Below, piece by piece: positions 1 to 9,942 of a stretch of 64,000 nt of DNA; position 1 is the stretch's first letter; each line of letters starts with the position of its first letter. Below the pieces are notes generated by a model. It was not told the DNA's origin, ran no database searches, and saw only the letters and a list, made by a program, of their open reading frames with translations. The position numbers and the translations under genes are program-made. Origin of the DNA: an uncultured bacterium (lineage in GTDB: Bacteria; SAR324; NAC60-12). The DNA lies in assembly GCA_965662235.1 (NCBI GenBank), contig CBFIGY010000005.1, forward strand, positions 46,019 through 110,018, read 5' to 3'.

Positions 1-901
1 GTACGTCAGTGTGACGGGAAAGGGAGACGCTGGTGTACCCGTGCAGCTGCCGCAGCGCGTGCTGTGGGGAATTGGTGCCATCGCCGTCCCGTTTGTCATC
101 CTCAGCGTCACCCTTTACGGGATGATCCTCTTCGGCGGCTTCGTCGAAACGTGGGGCTACAAGCACAACTTCACCCTGAAGCACTACACGGACGCTTTTG
201 CGCTTGGGTGGTCAGACGAGTACGGCGTGATGTGGCTGGGCGCCGCGTGGAACTCCTTCTGGACCACGTTGCAGATTTCCGGAATCTCGGCGCCTCTGAC
301 TGCAGGACTGGGACTCCTGACCGCTTGGTTGCTCACCCGACAGCGCTTCGCCGGGAAGGACGTCTTTGAGTTTGTCACCATGCTGAGCTTTGCCATTCCC
401 GGCACCATCATCGGCATCGGCTACATCCTCGCCTTCAACGTCCCTCCTGTGGAAATCACCGGGACCGGCGTCATTCTGGTGGTGTGCTTCATCTTCCGGA
501 ACATGCCCACCGGCATCCGGGCCGGAGTCGCTTCCATGGCTCAGCTTGACCCAAGCCTAGATGAAGCCTCCCTGACCCTGGGGGCTCCTTCTGGAACCAC
601 ACTGCGGAAGATCCTGCTGCCCCTGCTGCGTCCGGCCCTCATTGCCGCCCTTGTCTTCAGCTTTGTCCGCGCCATGACCGCCATTAGCGCCGTCATCTTC
701 TTGGTGAGCGCCGACTACGACATGGCAACGTCTTACATCCTAGGGCGGGTGGAGAATGCAGATTACGGCCTCGCCATTGCCTACTCGTCCGTCCTGATCG
801 TTGTGATGCTGCTGGTGATTGCACTGATCCAGGTCGCCGTGGGCAAGCGTCAGCTGGGACGCCGACACTCAGAAACCGTCAACTTAGGAGGAGCAGGATG
901 A
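1..901 (+). CDS. afuB: ABC transporter permease, FbpB/AfuB family (5'-truncated by window edge)
   Basis: EAA loop [14 protein letters not shown] and multiple TM helices. [21 protein letters not shown] and [10 protein letters not shown] resemble AfuB as recalled. Only the C-terminal half of a double-domain permease is seen. Confidence 0.8.
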   Translation, partial: YVSVTGKGDAGVPVQLPQRVLWGIGAIAVPFVILSVTLYGMILFGGFVETWGYKHNFTLKHYTDAFALGWSDEYGVMWLGAAWNSFWTTLQISGISAPLTAGLGLLTAWLLTRQRFAGKDVFEFVTMLSFAIPGTIIGIGYILAFNVPPVEITGTGVILVVCFIFRNMPTGIRAGVASMAQLDPSLDEASLTLGAPSGTTLRKILLPLLRPALIAALVFSFVRAMTAISAVIFLVSADYDMATSYILGRVENADYGLAIAYSSVLIVVMLLVIALIQVAVGKRQLGRRHSETVNLGGAG

Positions 902-1956
902 CCTCATCGGGCACTGCCGTTGAGTTTCAAAACGTGACCAAGGCCTTCGGTACCGTTCAGGCGGTCCGGAATGTGAGCTTTCAGATCCAAAGTGGTGAGC
1001 TGGTCACCCTGCTGGGCCCTTCCGGGTGCGGGAAGACCACCACGCTGCGGATGATTGCCGGCCTGGAAATGGCCACGTCCGGAAGCATCTTCATCGGTGG
1101 CCGAGACGTCACGCGCCTGCCGGCGACCGACCGGGATGTCAGCATGGTCTTCCAGTCCTATGCGCTCTTTCCACACATGTCGGTCATTCAAAACGTGGGC
1201 TACGGCCTCACCATGTCGAAGCTGCCCAAGCATGAAGTCGAGGAACGGGCGCAGGCTGGGCTGAAGCTGGTGGGCCTTTCCGGATACGAAAAACGCCTGC
1301 CCAGCGAACTCTCCGGAGGACAGCAGCAGCGTGTGGCCGTCGCCCGAGCGCTTGTGCTGGAGCCGGAGGTGTTGCTGTTTGACGAGCCCCTTTCCAACCT
1401 TGATGCCAAGCTCCGACGGCATGTGCGTGAAGAGATCCGGGACCTGCAGCAGGAGCTGAACCTAACCGTGGTGTACGTGACACACGACCAGGAAGAGGCC
1501 CTTGCCGTGTCTGACCGGATCATTGTGATGAAGGAAGCCGTCATTGCCCAAAAGGGAACCCCACATGAGCTCTATGAGACCCCTAAGAGCCGGTTTGTCG
1601 CCGATTTTATTGGCGATGCCAACCTGGTCACCGGGACCCTGCAGGCGATCTCTCCAGACACAGGAACCGTCATGCTGGAGGACCTCACGCTGGAGCTGCC
1701 GCATCAGGGACTTGCTCCGGGTTCAGTAACGGTCGCAATCCGTCCAGAAGCAATCTTACTCAAACCACAGACGGAAGCCGGCATTCACGGCGTGATCCGG
1801 AAGGCCACCTACCTTGGGGGACACATGGACTACACCGTTGAGACGTCGCTGGGGGAGCTGTTTGTCATGGACGCTGTCATGGACGCGGTGCATGAGGCAG
1901 GCGACGAGGTGCACCTTCAGCTGAAGCGTCGGGGAGTGAGCCTGGTGAACGACTGA
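898..1956 (+). CDS. afuC: ABC transporter ATP-binding subunit, FbpC/AfuC/PotA family
   Basis: Walker A GPSGCGKT, signature LSGGQQQR, Walker [13 protein letters not shown]-terminal TOBE-like region. ATGA overlap with the permease, RBS AGGAGGAG. Confidence 0.85.
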   Translation: MTSSGTAVEFQNVTKAFGTVQAVRNVSFQIQSGELVTLLGPSGCGKTTTLRMIAGLEMATSGSIFIGGRDVTRLPATDRDVSMVFQSYALFPHMSVIQNVGYGLTMSKLPKHEVEERAQAGLKLVGLSGYEKRLPSELSGGQQQRVAVARALVLEPEVLLFDEPLSNLDAKLRRHVREEIRDLQQELNLTVVYVTHDQEEALAVSDRIIVMKEAVIAQKGTPHELYETPKSRFVADFIGDANLVTGTLQAISPDTGTVMLEDLTLELPHQGLAPGSVTVAIRPEAILLKPQTEAGIHGVIRKATYLGGHMDYTVETSLGELFVMDAVMDAVHEAGDEVHLQLKRRGVSLVND

Positions 1957-1962
1957 GGGACC

Positions 1963-3015
1963 ATGGCACTTGAATCCCTCATTCTCCTGAGCAGCGGCCT
2001 CTTCCTTGGCTGGTCCCTTGGGGCCAATGATGCCGCGAACGTCTTTGGCACCGCGGTAGGCAGCCGCATGATCCGCTTTGGCACCGCCGCGGTCATCTGC
2101 AGCGTCTTTGTGGTGCTGGGGGCGGTTTTCAGCGGAGAAGGCGTGGTCCGGAACCTCGGCACCTTGGGGTCGGTGAATGCCCTGGGAGGAGCCTTCATGG
2201 TGGCGCTGGCGTCAGCCGTCACGGTCTTCTCCATGATCCGGACTGGCATTCAGGTTTCCACCACGCAGGCGCTGATTGGCGCCATTGTTGGATGGAACCA
2301 GTTTGCAGGTCAACCCACAGACTCCACCATGCTGCTGAAGGTGGTGGCCACTTGGGGCGCCAGTCCGCTGCTGGCGGGATGCTTTGCAGCAGGACTGATG
2401 CTGGTCGCTCGGGCTTGGGTCCGGCACTACCCGATTGGCCTGATCCGACTCGACGCCTACACCCGGGTCGCCCTCCTGCTTTCCGGAGCCATTGGCGCCT
2501 ACAGCTTGGGCGCAAACAACATCGCCAACGTCGTTGGGGTGTTTCTGCCGACTCAGCCCTTTTCGGAAGTCACATGGGGTGACACAACGCTCTCGGCGCT
2601 CGACCTGCTGTTGCTGGTGGGGGGAGGAGCCATTGCGACCGGTGTCCTGACCTACTCCCGGCAGACGATGCAGCTCATTGGCCGTGGCGTGGCCAGTCTC
2701 TCGCCACTGGCGGCGTGGGTGTGCGTCAGTGCGCATTCGCTCGTCCTCCTCCTCTTTGCCTCCACCAGCCTCAAGCAGTGGCTCATTGCCCACGACCTCC
2801 CTTCTTTGCCACTGGTGCCGGTTTCTAGCTCTCAGGCCATTCTAGGGGCGATTCTGGGGGTGGGGCTGCTCCGTGGAGGACGCGAGGTGCACTGGGGGAC
2901 GGTGGGACGGGTCGTGATGGGCTGGTTCCTCACCCCCCTGGCGGCGGGTCTGCTGTGCTTCCTGGGGCTCTACTTCCTCCAGAACGTGTTTTCCATTCCG
3001 GTGGTCGCTTCCTGA
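1963..3015 (+). CDS. pit: Inorganic phosphate transporter, PiT (PHO4) family
   Basis: Both PiT signatures (GANDAAN and GANNIAN), plus VSTTQA and PVSSSQA. Confidence 0.9.
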   Translation: MALESLILLSSGLFLGWSLGANDAANVFGTAVGSRMIRFGTAAVICSVFVVLGAVFSGEGVVRNLGTLGSVNALGGAFMVALASAVTVFSMIRTGIQVSTTQALIGAIVGWNQFAGQPTDSTMLLKVVATWGASPLLAGCFAAGLMLVARAWVRHYPIGLIRLDAYTRVALLLSGAIGAYSLGANNIANVVGVFLPTQPFSEVTWGDTTLSALDLLLLVGGGAIATGVLTYSRQTMQLIGRGVASLSPLAAWVCVSAHSLVLLLFASTSLKQWLIAHDLPSLPLVPVSSSQAILGAILGVGLLRGGREVHWGTVGRVVMGWFLTPLAAGLLCFLGLYFLQNVFSIPVVAS

Positions 3016-3018
3016 ACC

Positions 3019-3672
3019 TCAGGCGAGCCGCTTGGTCGCCACCAGCAGCGCTTCATCCGCAACATCCTCTGCCAGATCCGAAATTCCTCCCAGCCGCTGC
3101 AGGAAGGATTTGTACTGAAACTGCCGGGCGAGTTCCAGAGACCCATCCTCAAACACGCGTTGCAGGAGGTCCTGCTCCACCCGGTCCACCTCGCTTTCCT
3201 GCCGCGCCACCTCTTCGGCATGACGACGAACGGAACGGAGGTCGGAGAAGAGCGCATCAATGGTGGCGCTGAGGGCCTGGATGCTGGCGTGGGTTTTTTG
3301 CAGGAGGCTCAGGAGCGGAGCCTGAAAGTCCAGGGGCAGGGGCGGACGCTCCAAGAGGAGCTCTTTTAAGGAGTGGCGGCACTGTCCGGGAATGCGGTCC
3401 AGCTTGGTCAGCAATCGGAGGACATCATCCCGGGAATCCGGCATCAGGGCTTCACGCAGCAGCAGCTGCTGGATCTTGCGCTGCAGCTCATCCAGCTCCG
3501 CTTCCAGGCGGTCCACTTCCTGAGCGCGCCGCTGGCAGGACTCGAGCTGCCCCGCCAGGTAATCCGCCATCGCCTCCCGGTAGTGCAGCGCTAGGTCTTC
3601 CAGGCTCCGGAGGAGGCGCTGCAGCAGGTCTTCCACGTGTCGCTGCTTCCGGAAGAGAGAAAACGCCTGCAT
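3019..3672 (-). CDS. DUF47 / PhoU-like phosphate transport regulator
   Basis: Start re-assigned to MQAFSLF at 3672. Helical two-fold repeat (LEAELDEL.. / QESEVDRV.., MPDSRDD, ISDLAEDVAD) typical of the DUF47 partner of PiT. Confidence 0.8.
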   Translation of the reverse strand: MQAFSLFRKQRHVEDLLQRLLRSLEDLALHYREAMADYLAGQLESCQRRAQEVDRLEAELDELQRKIQQLLLREALMPDSRDDVLRLLTKLDRIPGQCRHSLKELLLERPPLPLDFQAPLLSLLQKTHASIQALSATIDALFSDLRSVRRHAEEVARQESEVDRVEQDLLQRVFEDGSLELARQFQYKSFLQRLGGISDLAEDVADEALLVATKRLA

Positions 3673-3674
3673 GG

Positions 3675-4490
3675 TCAGATGATCGCGTGACGGGCCTTGG
3701 CGGAGAGCCACTCGCTCAGCACCACCGTGAAGAGAATGGCGATCAGGATCAAGGTGACCTGAGGCCAGGCAAGGACGTTCAGAGAGGCCTGAAGCTGAAG
3801 GCCAATGCCTCCGGCGCCCACCAAGCCAAGCACCGTTGACTCCCGGATGTTGATGTCCCACCGGAACACGGAGACACCGACAAAGGTCGGGAGGATCTGC
3901 GGGACAATGCCAAAGGCGATCACCTGCGAGCGGCTTGCCCCCGTTGAGGTAATTGCTTCCACCTGCGACTCGTCGATTTCCTCAATCGCCTCATACAGCA
4001 GCTTTGCCACAAAGCCAATGGAACGCAGGGCAATGGCGATGATCCCTGCCAGCACTCCGGGCCCCAAGATCGACACCAGCAGCAGCGACCAGATCAAGGA
4101 GTTGATCGACCGGGACGAGACAATGATCAGCAGTGCAACCGGCCGGAGCAGCGTGGGACTAGGAGAGGTGTTGCGGGCGGCCAGAAACGCCACAGGCACG
4201 GCCAACACCAACGACAGCAGGGTTCCCAGCGTTGCAATGTTCAGGGTGTCCCAGAGCGGCTCCCAAAGCTGATCCAGGTAGCTCCAGCGAGGAGGCAGCA
4301 TCCGGGAACCAATGTCAGCGGCAATGTTCGGCGCATCCAAAACAAAGAACCACTCGGTTTTTTCCGAAACCAGCTGCCAGCACCAGAGGAACAGCAGGGT
4401 TCCAAAGAACCACAGGGCCCAGCTGGTGAGTTGCTCGTTGCGGTTACGGTGCTTCCACTTCTTGGTTGTTCCAGACAGTTCAACAGGCAT
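3675..4490 (-). CDS. phnE: Phosphonate ABC transporter permease
   Basis: KLLYEAIEEID and [21 protein letters not shown] motifs. Confidence 0.92.
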   Translation of the reverse strand: MPVELSGTTKKWKHRNRNEQLTSWALWFFGTLLFLWCWQLVSEKTEWFFVLDAPNIAADIGSRMLPPRWSYLDQLWEPLWDTLNIATLGTLLSLVLAVPVAFLAARNTSPSPTLLRPVALLIIVSSRSINSLIWSLLLVSILGPGVLAGIIAIALRSIGFVAKLLYEAIEEIDESQVEAITSTGASRSQVIAFGIVPQILPTFVGVSVFRWDINIRESTVLGLVGAGGIGLQLQASLNVLAWPQVTLILIAILFTVVLSEWLSAKARHAII

Positions 4491-5284
4491 TACTGCACTC
4501 GCTTGCGAATGGCACTGGAAGTATATTCCGCAAACATCACAATGCCGATGATCAAAATGAGAATGGCGGCGGCCGTGTCAAATTCGTAGCGGTCAAAGGC
4601 GGTGTTGAGGGTCGCGCCAATGCCTCCGGCACCGACCAGCCCAACCACCGCTGATTCCCGGAAGTTGATGTCCAAGCGGTACAGCGAAAGACCGATGAAG
4701 CGTGGCATGATCTGGGGCTGGATGCCATAGTTCAGCCACTGCCACCAGCGCGCCCCCGTGGAGCGGATGGCCTCCGCCTGACTTGCCTCAATGTTCTCAA
4801 TCGCCTCTGCCAGCAGCTTTGCCAGGAAGCCAATGGTTGCAAAGGAAATCGTCAGCACCCCAGCGAAAGGACCAAACCCGAAGATCGCGACAAACAGAAT
4901 GGCGATGATCACCTCCTGAAAGGTCCGGGACAGCGTGATGATCGCTCGGCAGAACAGGTAGATGGGGAGCGGAGCTAGGTTCCGGGAGGCGCCCAAGGCG
5001 ATCGGCACAGAGATGACAATCCCAATGCCGGTTGACACCACCGTCATCACAAGGCTTTCCAGCAGCCCCTCAGAGATGTCTTGCCAGCGTCCGGAGAAGT
5101 TGGGCTGCGCAAAGGCCGTCACAAACTTGGCTCCGCGGTCCAGGCCCTCATAAACCCGGGTCCAGTTGACTTCCACGGAACCAACGGCCAAGACAAGGTA
5201 GACAACGGTTCCGAGGATCAAGCCCCAGCGAAGGGTGGCATTCTCAATCAGTGGTTTGCGGGTCCAGGAGCGCGAAGGGGTCAC
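4490..5284 (-). CDS. phnE: Phosphonate ABC transporter permease
   Basis: [10 protein letters not shown] and [21 protein letters not shown] motifs. Confidence 0.92.
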   Translation of the reverse strand: MTPSRSWTRKPLIENATLRWGLILGTVVYLVLAVGSVEVNWTRVYEGLDRGAKFVTAFAQPNFSGRWQDISEGLLESLVMTVVSTGIGIVISVPIALGASRNLAPLPIYLFCRAIITLSRTFQEVIIAILFVAIFGFGPFAGVLTISFATIGFLAKLLAEAIENIEASQAEAIRSTGARWWQWLNYGIQPQIMPRFIGLSLYRLDINFRESAVVGLVGAGGIGATLNTAFDRYEFDTAAAILILIIGIVMFAEYTSSAIRKRVQ

Positions 5285-6093
5285 AGCTGATCCTCCAGGT
5301 CGTTAGGGTCCGTGGAAGAAGCCGCCTCTGCGTTCTTCTTGCGGACCGCCGTCCAGTCTTCCTCCCCATAAATCTGAGTGAGGACATCGGGAACCAGTCC
5401 ATCCGGGGTTCCATCGTAAACCACCGCGCCCGCCTGGAGCCCCACAATGCGCTCTGAAAACATCTGGGCCAGCGCAACATCATGGATGTTGATGATGGCC
5501 GCCAGCTGACGTTCCGTGCACAGCTCGGTGATCAGACGCATGATCTGCCGCGAGGTTTTGGGGTCGAGGCTTGCTGTCGGCTCATCCACCAGCAGCAGCT
5601 CCGGATTCTGAATCAGGGCCCGGGCAATGCCCACCCGCTGCCGCTGCCCGCCCGAGAGTTCATCGGCGCGTTTGTCGGCCATGTGGTCCAGTCCCACGCG
5701 TTCCAGCAGTGAAAAGGCGGTGTCCACATCGCTCTGCGGGAAGCGCCGGAAGTAGCTGCTCCAGAAGCCAATGTACCCCAGGCGTCCGGAGAGGACATTT
5801 TCCATCACACTCAGGCGCTCCACCAGCGCGTACTCCTGGAAGATCATCCCAATGCGGCGACGCGCCTTCCGGAGGCCGTTTCCACGTAGCTTCGTCAGAT
5901 CCACCCCTTGAAGCAGGACGGCTCCGGAGGTGGGCTCCACCAGCCGGTTGATGCAACGGATCAGTGTCGACTTCCCGGCGCCCGAAGGGCCGATGAGCGC
6001 CAGCACCTGACCCGCTGGCACCGTCAGGTCCACCCCCTTGAGGGCCTGGTCTCCGGTTCGGTACCGTTTGACCAGTTGTTTCAGTTCAAGCAT
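5281..6093 (-). CDS. phnC: Phosphonate ABC transporter ATP-binding protein
   Basis: [52 protein letters not shown]. Confidence 0.92.
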   Translation of the reverse strand: MLELKQLVKRYRTGDQALKGVDLTVPAGQVLALIGPSGAGKSTLIRCINRLVEPTSGAVLLQGVDLTKLRGNGLRKARRRIGMIFQEYALVERLSVMENVLSGRLGYIGFWSSYFRRFPQSDVDTAFSLLERVGLDHMADKRADELSGGQRQRVGIARALIQNPELLLVDEPTASLDPKTSRQIMRLITELCTERQLAAIINIHDVALAQMFSERIVGLQAGAVVYDGTPDGLVPDVLTQIYGEEDWTAVRKKNAEAASSTDPNDLEDQL

Positions 6094-6109
6094 GAAGAAT
6101 TGAGGAGGT

Positions 6110-6129
6110 CGTCCGCCCGAAGACGGACG
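6110..6129 (-). other. Intercistronic stem-loop between phnD and phnC
   Basis: CGTCCG-N8-CGGACG inverted repeat just after the phnD stop. Confidence 0.45.
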
Positions 6130-6139
6130 CTTTTAGGGT

Positions 6140-7132
6140 TTACTTGCAGGCGTAAGAGACACCGTTGGCTTTGTCAATGGTCCGAATGACCGCCCAGTGC
6201 TCTTGGTAGGTGATCGGAATGAACTGACCCTCGTTCGACTTGGAGAACTCTTCTTTCAGCGTGGTCGGAGTGCCGTCTGGGCGGTCCCACTCAAAGCTGA
6301 AGAAGGCCTCACGTACCTTGGCGGCCAAGTCGGGGTCCAGGTTGTAAACGTGACCAAATCCTGTCGTCGGGAACGTCTGGGACTTGTAGATCGTGATCAC
6401 GTCGTCTTCCTCGATCACCTCACGCAGGATCATCCGGGACTTGACGGAGTTTGCAATGGAAGCAGCGTCGTAGTCCTTGTTGGCCACCCCCAGGATCGAG
6501 TTGTCATGCTTTCCGGAGAAGGCAGTGCTAAAATCACGGTCCGGGAGCAGGTCAAATTCCGCCTTGAGGATCGCGGACGGTGCCTTGAAGCCCGAGTTGG
6601 AAGTCGGAGAGGTGAACGCCAGCTGACGTCCCTTCAGGTCCGAGACCTTCTCAATGCCGCTTCCGGGATAGGTGATGATCTCCATTTCATAGCCAAAGTG
6701 CCCATCCAGGCTGGCCATGATCGTGAAGGGCACAAAGCCCGCGCAGTTGACCGCCAGCGGATTCGACCCGGTGTTGAAGCCTGCGATGTGCAGGCGTCCG
6801 GAACGCATCGCCTCGATCTGAGCCGCATTTGACTGCACCGGGAAGAAGATCACCTTCTTGCCCGTCACCGACTCCATGTGTGTCAGGAAGTCCGACCAAG
6901 CGGTCTTGTAAACCGCCGGATCCTCCACAGGCGTGTAGGCGAAGATCAGGGTGTTGGGATTGACCCAGTCTCCCGAATCACTGGGAGCATCGGCCACCAA
7001 GTCGCCATTCTGGTCACAGAAGCGGCTGTCCAGATCCCCTCGCGGACAGTCTTGGGCCATGCCCGTTCCGGCGAAAAGCAACGAAGCTGAGGCCAGCAGG
7101 AAGGTGCGCAGCCAGGTATTGAGCTTGGTCAT
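6140..7132 (-). CDS. phnD: Phosphate/phosphite/phosphonate ABC substrate-binding protein
   Basis: Signal peptide; TSPTSNSGFKAP and FSGKHDNS motifs. ATG at 7132 follows a GAGGAG RBS. Confidence 0.9.
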   Translation of the reverse strand: MTKLNTWLRTFLLASASLLFAGTGMAQDCPRGDLDSRFCDQNGDLVADAPSDSGDWVNPNTLIFAYTPVEDPAVYKTAWSDFLTHMESVTGKKVIFFPVQSNAAQIEAMRSGRLHIAGFNTGSNPLAVNCAGFVPFTIMASLDGHFGYEMEIITYPGSGIEKVSDLKGRQLAFTSPTSNSGFKAPSAILKAEFDLLPDRDFSTAFSGKHDNSILGVANKDYDAASIANSVKSRMILREVIEEDDVITIYKSQTFPTTGFGHVYNLDPDLAAKVREAFFSFEWDRPDGTPTTLKEEFSKSNEGQFIPITYQEHWAVIRTIDKANGVSYACK

Positions 7133-7383
7133 GTTTCTCCTCAAGTTGATAAAATTGAGCCTCCGTTCTGGAGGCAAGAAGGGTAATAAAATGTGATTTT
7201 AAAAATCTCGTTTCAAGACATATCTTTCAAAAAAGGAAAACGCTCCCCGCTTTTTCACGCAGCCAACGCCTCTGTTCAGCGCTCCGTTGGGCAGAACGAC
7301 TCATCTGCCCCGTGAACCGCCCTCGGGTTTTTAAGCTGGCCCGGGGCAACCGATTTTTGACCACCCCAACCGCATGGACCGCC

Positions 7384-8163
7384 ATGAATGATCCCGCCCC
7401 CTCCCCGCTGAAGCCTTCCCTGTTTGCTCCAGACGAGGTGCCGACCTCTGGACTCCAAGCCGCTGTGATCGGCGCCTCCGGAGCCATTGGGCAGGCCTGG
7501 ATTCAGCAGCTGATCCAGGATGAGCAGATCTCCACCATCTGGGCCGGCTCCCGTAGCGGCGCTGCTCCCGTTCACCCAAAGGTCCGGGCCCTTAAGCTCG
7601 ACCTCACCGACGAGGCAAGCATCGCCGAGGCAGCAACGCAGATCGAAGGCCCTCTCCACTGCGTGATCATCACAACGGGAATCCTGCATCAGGATCCAAA
7701 CGTGCAGCCTGAGCGGAGCCTTAAGGAGGTGGATCCGCACGCACTGGAGCAGGTGTTCCGGATCAACACCATTGGCCCCTTGCTCATTCTGAAGCACCTA
7801 GTGCCGCTCATGCCCCGTCAGGGACGCAGCTTGATCGCGGCACTGTCGGCACGCATCGGCAGCATCTCCGACAACCGTTTGGGCGGCTGGTACGCTTATC
7901 GGGCTTCCAAAGCGGCCCTGAACATGCTGATCCGGACCGCTTCCATTGAGCTCCGGAGACGTTCCAAGCAAGCCGTTGTGGTCGGCCTCCACCCTGGAAC
8001 TGTGGACAGTTCGCTCTCTCAACCGTTCCAGGCGATGATTCCCCCAAACACCCTCTTCACTCCCACGTTTTCCGCAGCCCAGCAGTACCAGGTCCTTGCC
8101 GGCCTCACTCCGGACGACAGCGGTCACTGCTTTGCCTGGGATGGCCAGCGGATTGAGCCCTGA
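7384..8163 (+). CDS. SDR family oxidoreductase (C-factor/CsgA-like)
   Basis: GASGAIG Rossmann motif, SARIGSISDNRLGGWYAYRASKAALN (YxxxK), HPGTVDS. Start approximate. Confidence 0.88.
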   Translation: MNDPAPSPLKPSLFAPDEVPTSGLQAAVIGASGAIGQAWIQQLIQDEQISTIWAGSRSGAAPVHPKVRALKLDLTDEASIAEAATQIEGPLHCVIITTGILHQDPNVQPERSLKEVDPHALEQVFRINTIGPLLILKHLVPLMPRQGRSLIAALSARIGSISDNRLGGWYAYRASKAALNMLIRTASIELRRRSKQAVVVGLHPGTVDSSLSQPFQAMIPPNTLFTPTFSAAQQYQVLAGLTPDDSGHCFAWDGQRIEP

Positions 8164-8272
8164 ACCCTGCTGATTTTTTCCGAACCAGAAGCCTGAGGGT
8201 CCACTTGGGCGTCTGGCCAACTCGGAATTGTTTCATTCCAAATAAAAGCAACTATTGTTACAAAAGTCTGGT

Positions 8273-8310
8273 TGAGTTTGTGTAAACTCATTGCTAAATT
8301 GATTTAGTAA
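8273..8310. promoter_or_regulatory. Tandem palindromes, candidate operator upstream of the small ORF
   Basis: TGAGTTT-N4-AAACTCA (8273-8290) directly followed by TTGCTAAAT-TG-ATTTAGTAA (8291-8310, one mismatch) in an AT-rich stretch. Confidence 0.45.
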
Positions 8311-8378
8311 CAGGGGCACAAAGGAGTTTTGAGCCCCCCTTCCCGAAGGATTCGGGTCATTCAAACTGAGATCGAGCC

Positions 8379-8531
8379 ATGACAAAAGTCTGGAATTGGT
8401 TGTCCCCCAACCGCACGACCGAGCAAGCGATGAAGAACTACTTCCGCAACGAGTACCGCAACTCTTATGATGCTCAAGCGGCCTACCTCGCCTGGAAGCA
8501 GGGTCAAGAAGCGCTGCAGGGTCAACATTGA
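8379..8531 (+). CDS. Small hypothetical protein (50 aa), not in the supplied ORF track
   Basis: Hand-translated MTKVWNWLSPNRTTEQAMKNYFRNEYRNSYDAQAAYLAWKQGQEALQGQH*. Host-like codon usage; fills an otherwise empty intergenic gap. Confidence 0.6.
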   Translation: MTKVWNWLSPNRTTEQAMKNYFRNEYRNSYDAQAAYLAWKQGQEALQGQH

Positions 8532-8718
8532 CCGCTCCCACCTCCGGAAGGCTCGCCTCTGTGCTCCCTTCCGGAGCCTCCCTCCTGATGCTTCCTCCTG
8601 AAGCTCCTGCGTTTTTTCATTGACACCCCCCCGAAAATCCTGAAATCTTGGAGGCGCTTCCCGTATTTCCCGGCGGCGTGACCGCCCGTTTGTCCTCTGA
8701 GATTTGGAGTTTTCGACC

Positions 8719-9744
8719 ATGATGCGCTCAGCACCGTTCAAATGGCCCCACTGGATCCTAGGGATTCTGCTGCTCCTGGGACTTCCCTCCCTCTCCTGGG
8801 CTCAATCCGGCAGTTCGGATGAGTTCATTCAAGGAGGCGTGGGTTCCGCCTTTGAGAACCCGTACTGGTTCAAGGACAGCTTCCTGATTGTCGATGAAGA
8901 TGTGGCCGAAGCTGTGGAGTCCGACAAGCAGCTGATGCTCTACTTCTGGCAGGAAGGCTGCCCCTACTGCATGGCCATGGCTCAGAAGAATCTGTCCGCG
9001 CCAGACATTCGGGACTTTGTGCAGGAGCACTTTGACGTGGTTTCCTTCAACCTCCGGGGAGACCGTGAAGTGACGCTTCCGGACGGAAGCACCATGAGCG
9101 AGAAGGACTTTGCAATCCACCTCAAGGTTCAGTACACCCCAACCATCCTCATCTTAGACACGCCGGATCTGCAGAACCCGAAGGTACGGGTGAACGGGTA
9201 TCGCCCGCCCAAGCCCTTTTTGCGTCTGCTGGCTCAGGCGGCAGGAGTCTCGGAGGACGCGCTGGCAGAGTACCGTCGCCCGGAAGGAGAACTCTACCCT
9301 CAGCCGTTTTTTGAAGACACCACCGAATTGAATCAGCTGGTTGGGGAGCAGCCCCTTGCCGTCTTCCTAGAGACCCCGAGTTGTGAGGACTGCCTGCGCA
9401 TGCAGCAGGGGGCGTTCAGTCAAAAAGGGACTCATGAGTTTCTGAAAAACTACCACACCGTCCGCTACAATGCCCTCTCCGATCAGGCCATCACGCTTCC
9501 TGACGGACAAAAAACAACTGTCCGAAAATGGGTTGACACCTTAGACCTCAACTACTTCCCCACCATCCTCCTCTACGCGCAGGGGGAACGGAAAGAGACC
9601 TTCCGCATGGACAGCTACCTCCGCGGATTTCACGTCCAAACGGCCCTAGAGTACGTCCTCAACAAGGCCTACACCACCCAACCGGAATTCCAGCGTTACA
9701 TTGATGAACGCTCGGCCCGGCTCCGGGAAGCCTCCGGACAATAA
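8719..9744 (+). CDS. Periplasmic double thioredoxin-fold protein, SoxW-like
   Basis: Signal peptide; WFKDSFL, QEGCPYC and a second SCEDC motif; cis-Pro loops YTPT and YFPT. Confidence 0.8.
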   Translation: MMRSAPFKWPHWILGILLLLGLPSLSWAQSGSSDEFIQGGVGSAFENPYWFKDSFLIVDEDVAEAVESDKQLMLYFWQEGCPYCMAMAQKNLSAPDIRDFVQEHFDVVSFNLRGDREVTLPDGSTMSEKDFAIHLKVQYTPTILILDTPDLQNPKVRVNGYRPPKPFLRLLAQAAGVSEDALAEYRRPEGELYPQPFFEDTTELNQLVGEQPLAVFLETPSCEDCLRMQQGAFSQKGTHEFLKNYHTVRYNALSDQAITLPDGQKTTVRKWVDTLDLNYFPTILLYAQGERKETFRMDSYLRGFHVQTALEYVLNKAYTTQPEFQRYIDERSARLREASGQ

Positions 9745-9755
9745 TTCGGCTTCAA

Positions 9756-9778
9756 TGAGGGGGGCACCAGCCCCCTCA
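9756..9778 (+). terminator. Stem-loop after the thioredoxin gene
   Basis: TGAGGGGG-N7-CCCCCTCA, with no U-tract. Confidence 0.4.
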
Positions 9779-9828
9779 CCGGCCTGCAGCCCTCCAGCGT
9801 CTCCCCACTTCATCCCCCTCAAATCCGT

Positions 9829-9855
9829 TCAAGTTTTCTGACGATCTGCCGATAC
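9829..9855 (+). promoter_or_regulatory. Sigma-28 (FliA)-like promoter
   Basis: TCAAGTTT-N11-GCCGATAC versus the consensus TAAAGTTT-N11-GCCGATAA. Confidence 0.5.
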
Positions 9856-9942
9856 TCAAAGGGCATGGACGCATCAAAACGAACTGGATTCCAGTCGGAA
9901 CTCTGTGGAGTTCCTTCTTTTTTTGAAAACAAGGAGATGCTT

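Noticed and set aside
7140..7240. Pho box upstream of phnD
   Set aside because: The region is AT-rich but has no convincing 11-bp-spaced CTGTCAT repeats.
8379..8531. PqqA precursor peptide
   Set aside because: It has no E-x-x-x-Y motif in the PqqA context and no pqqB-E neighbours.
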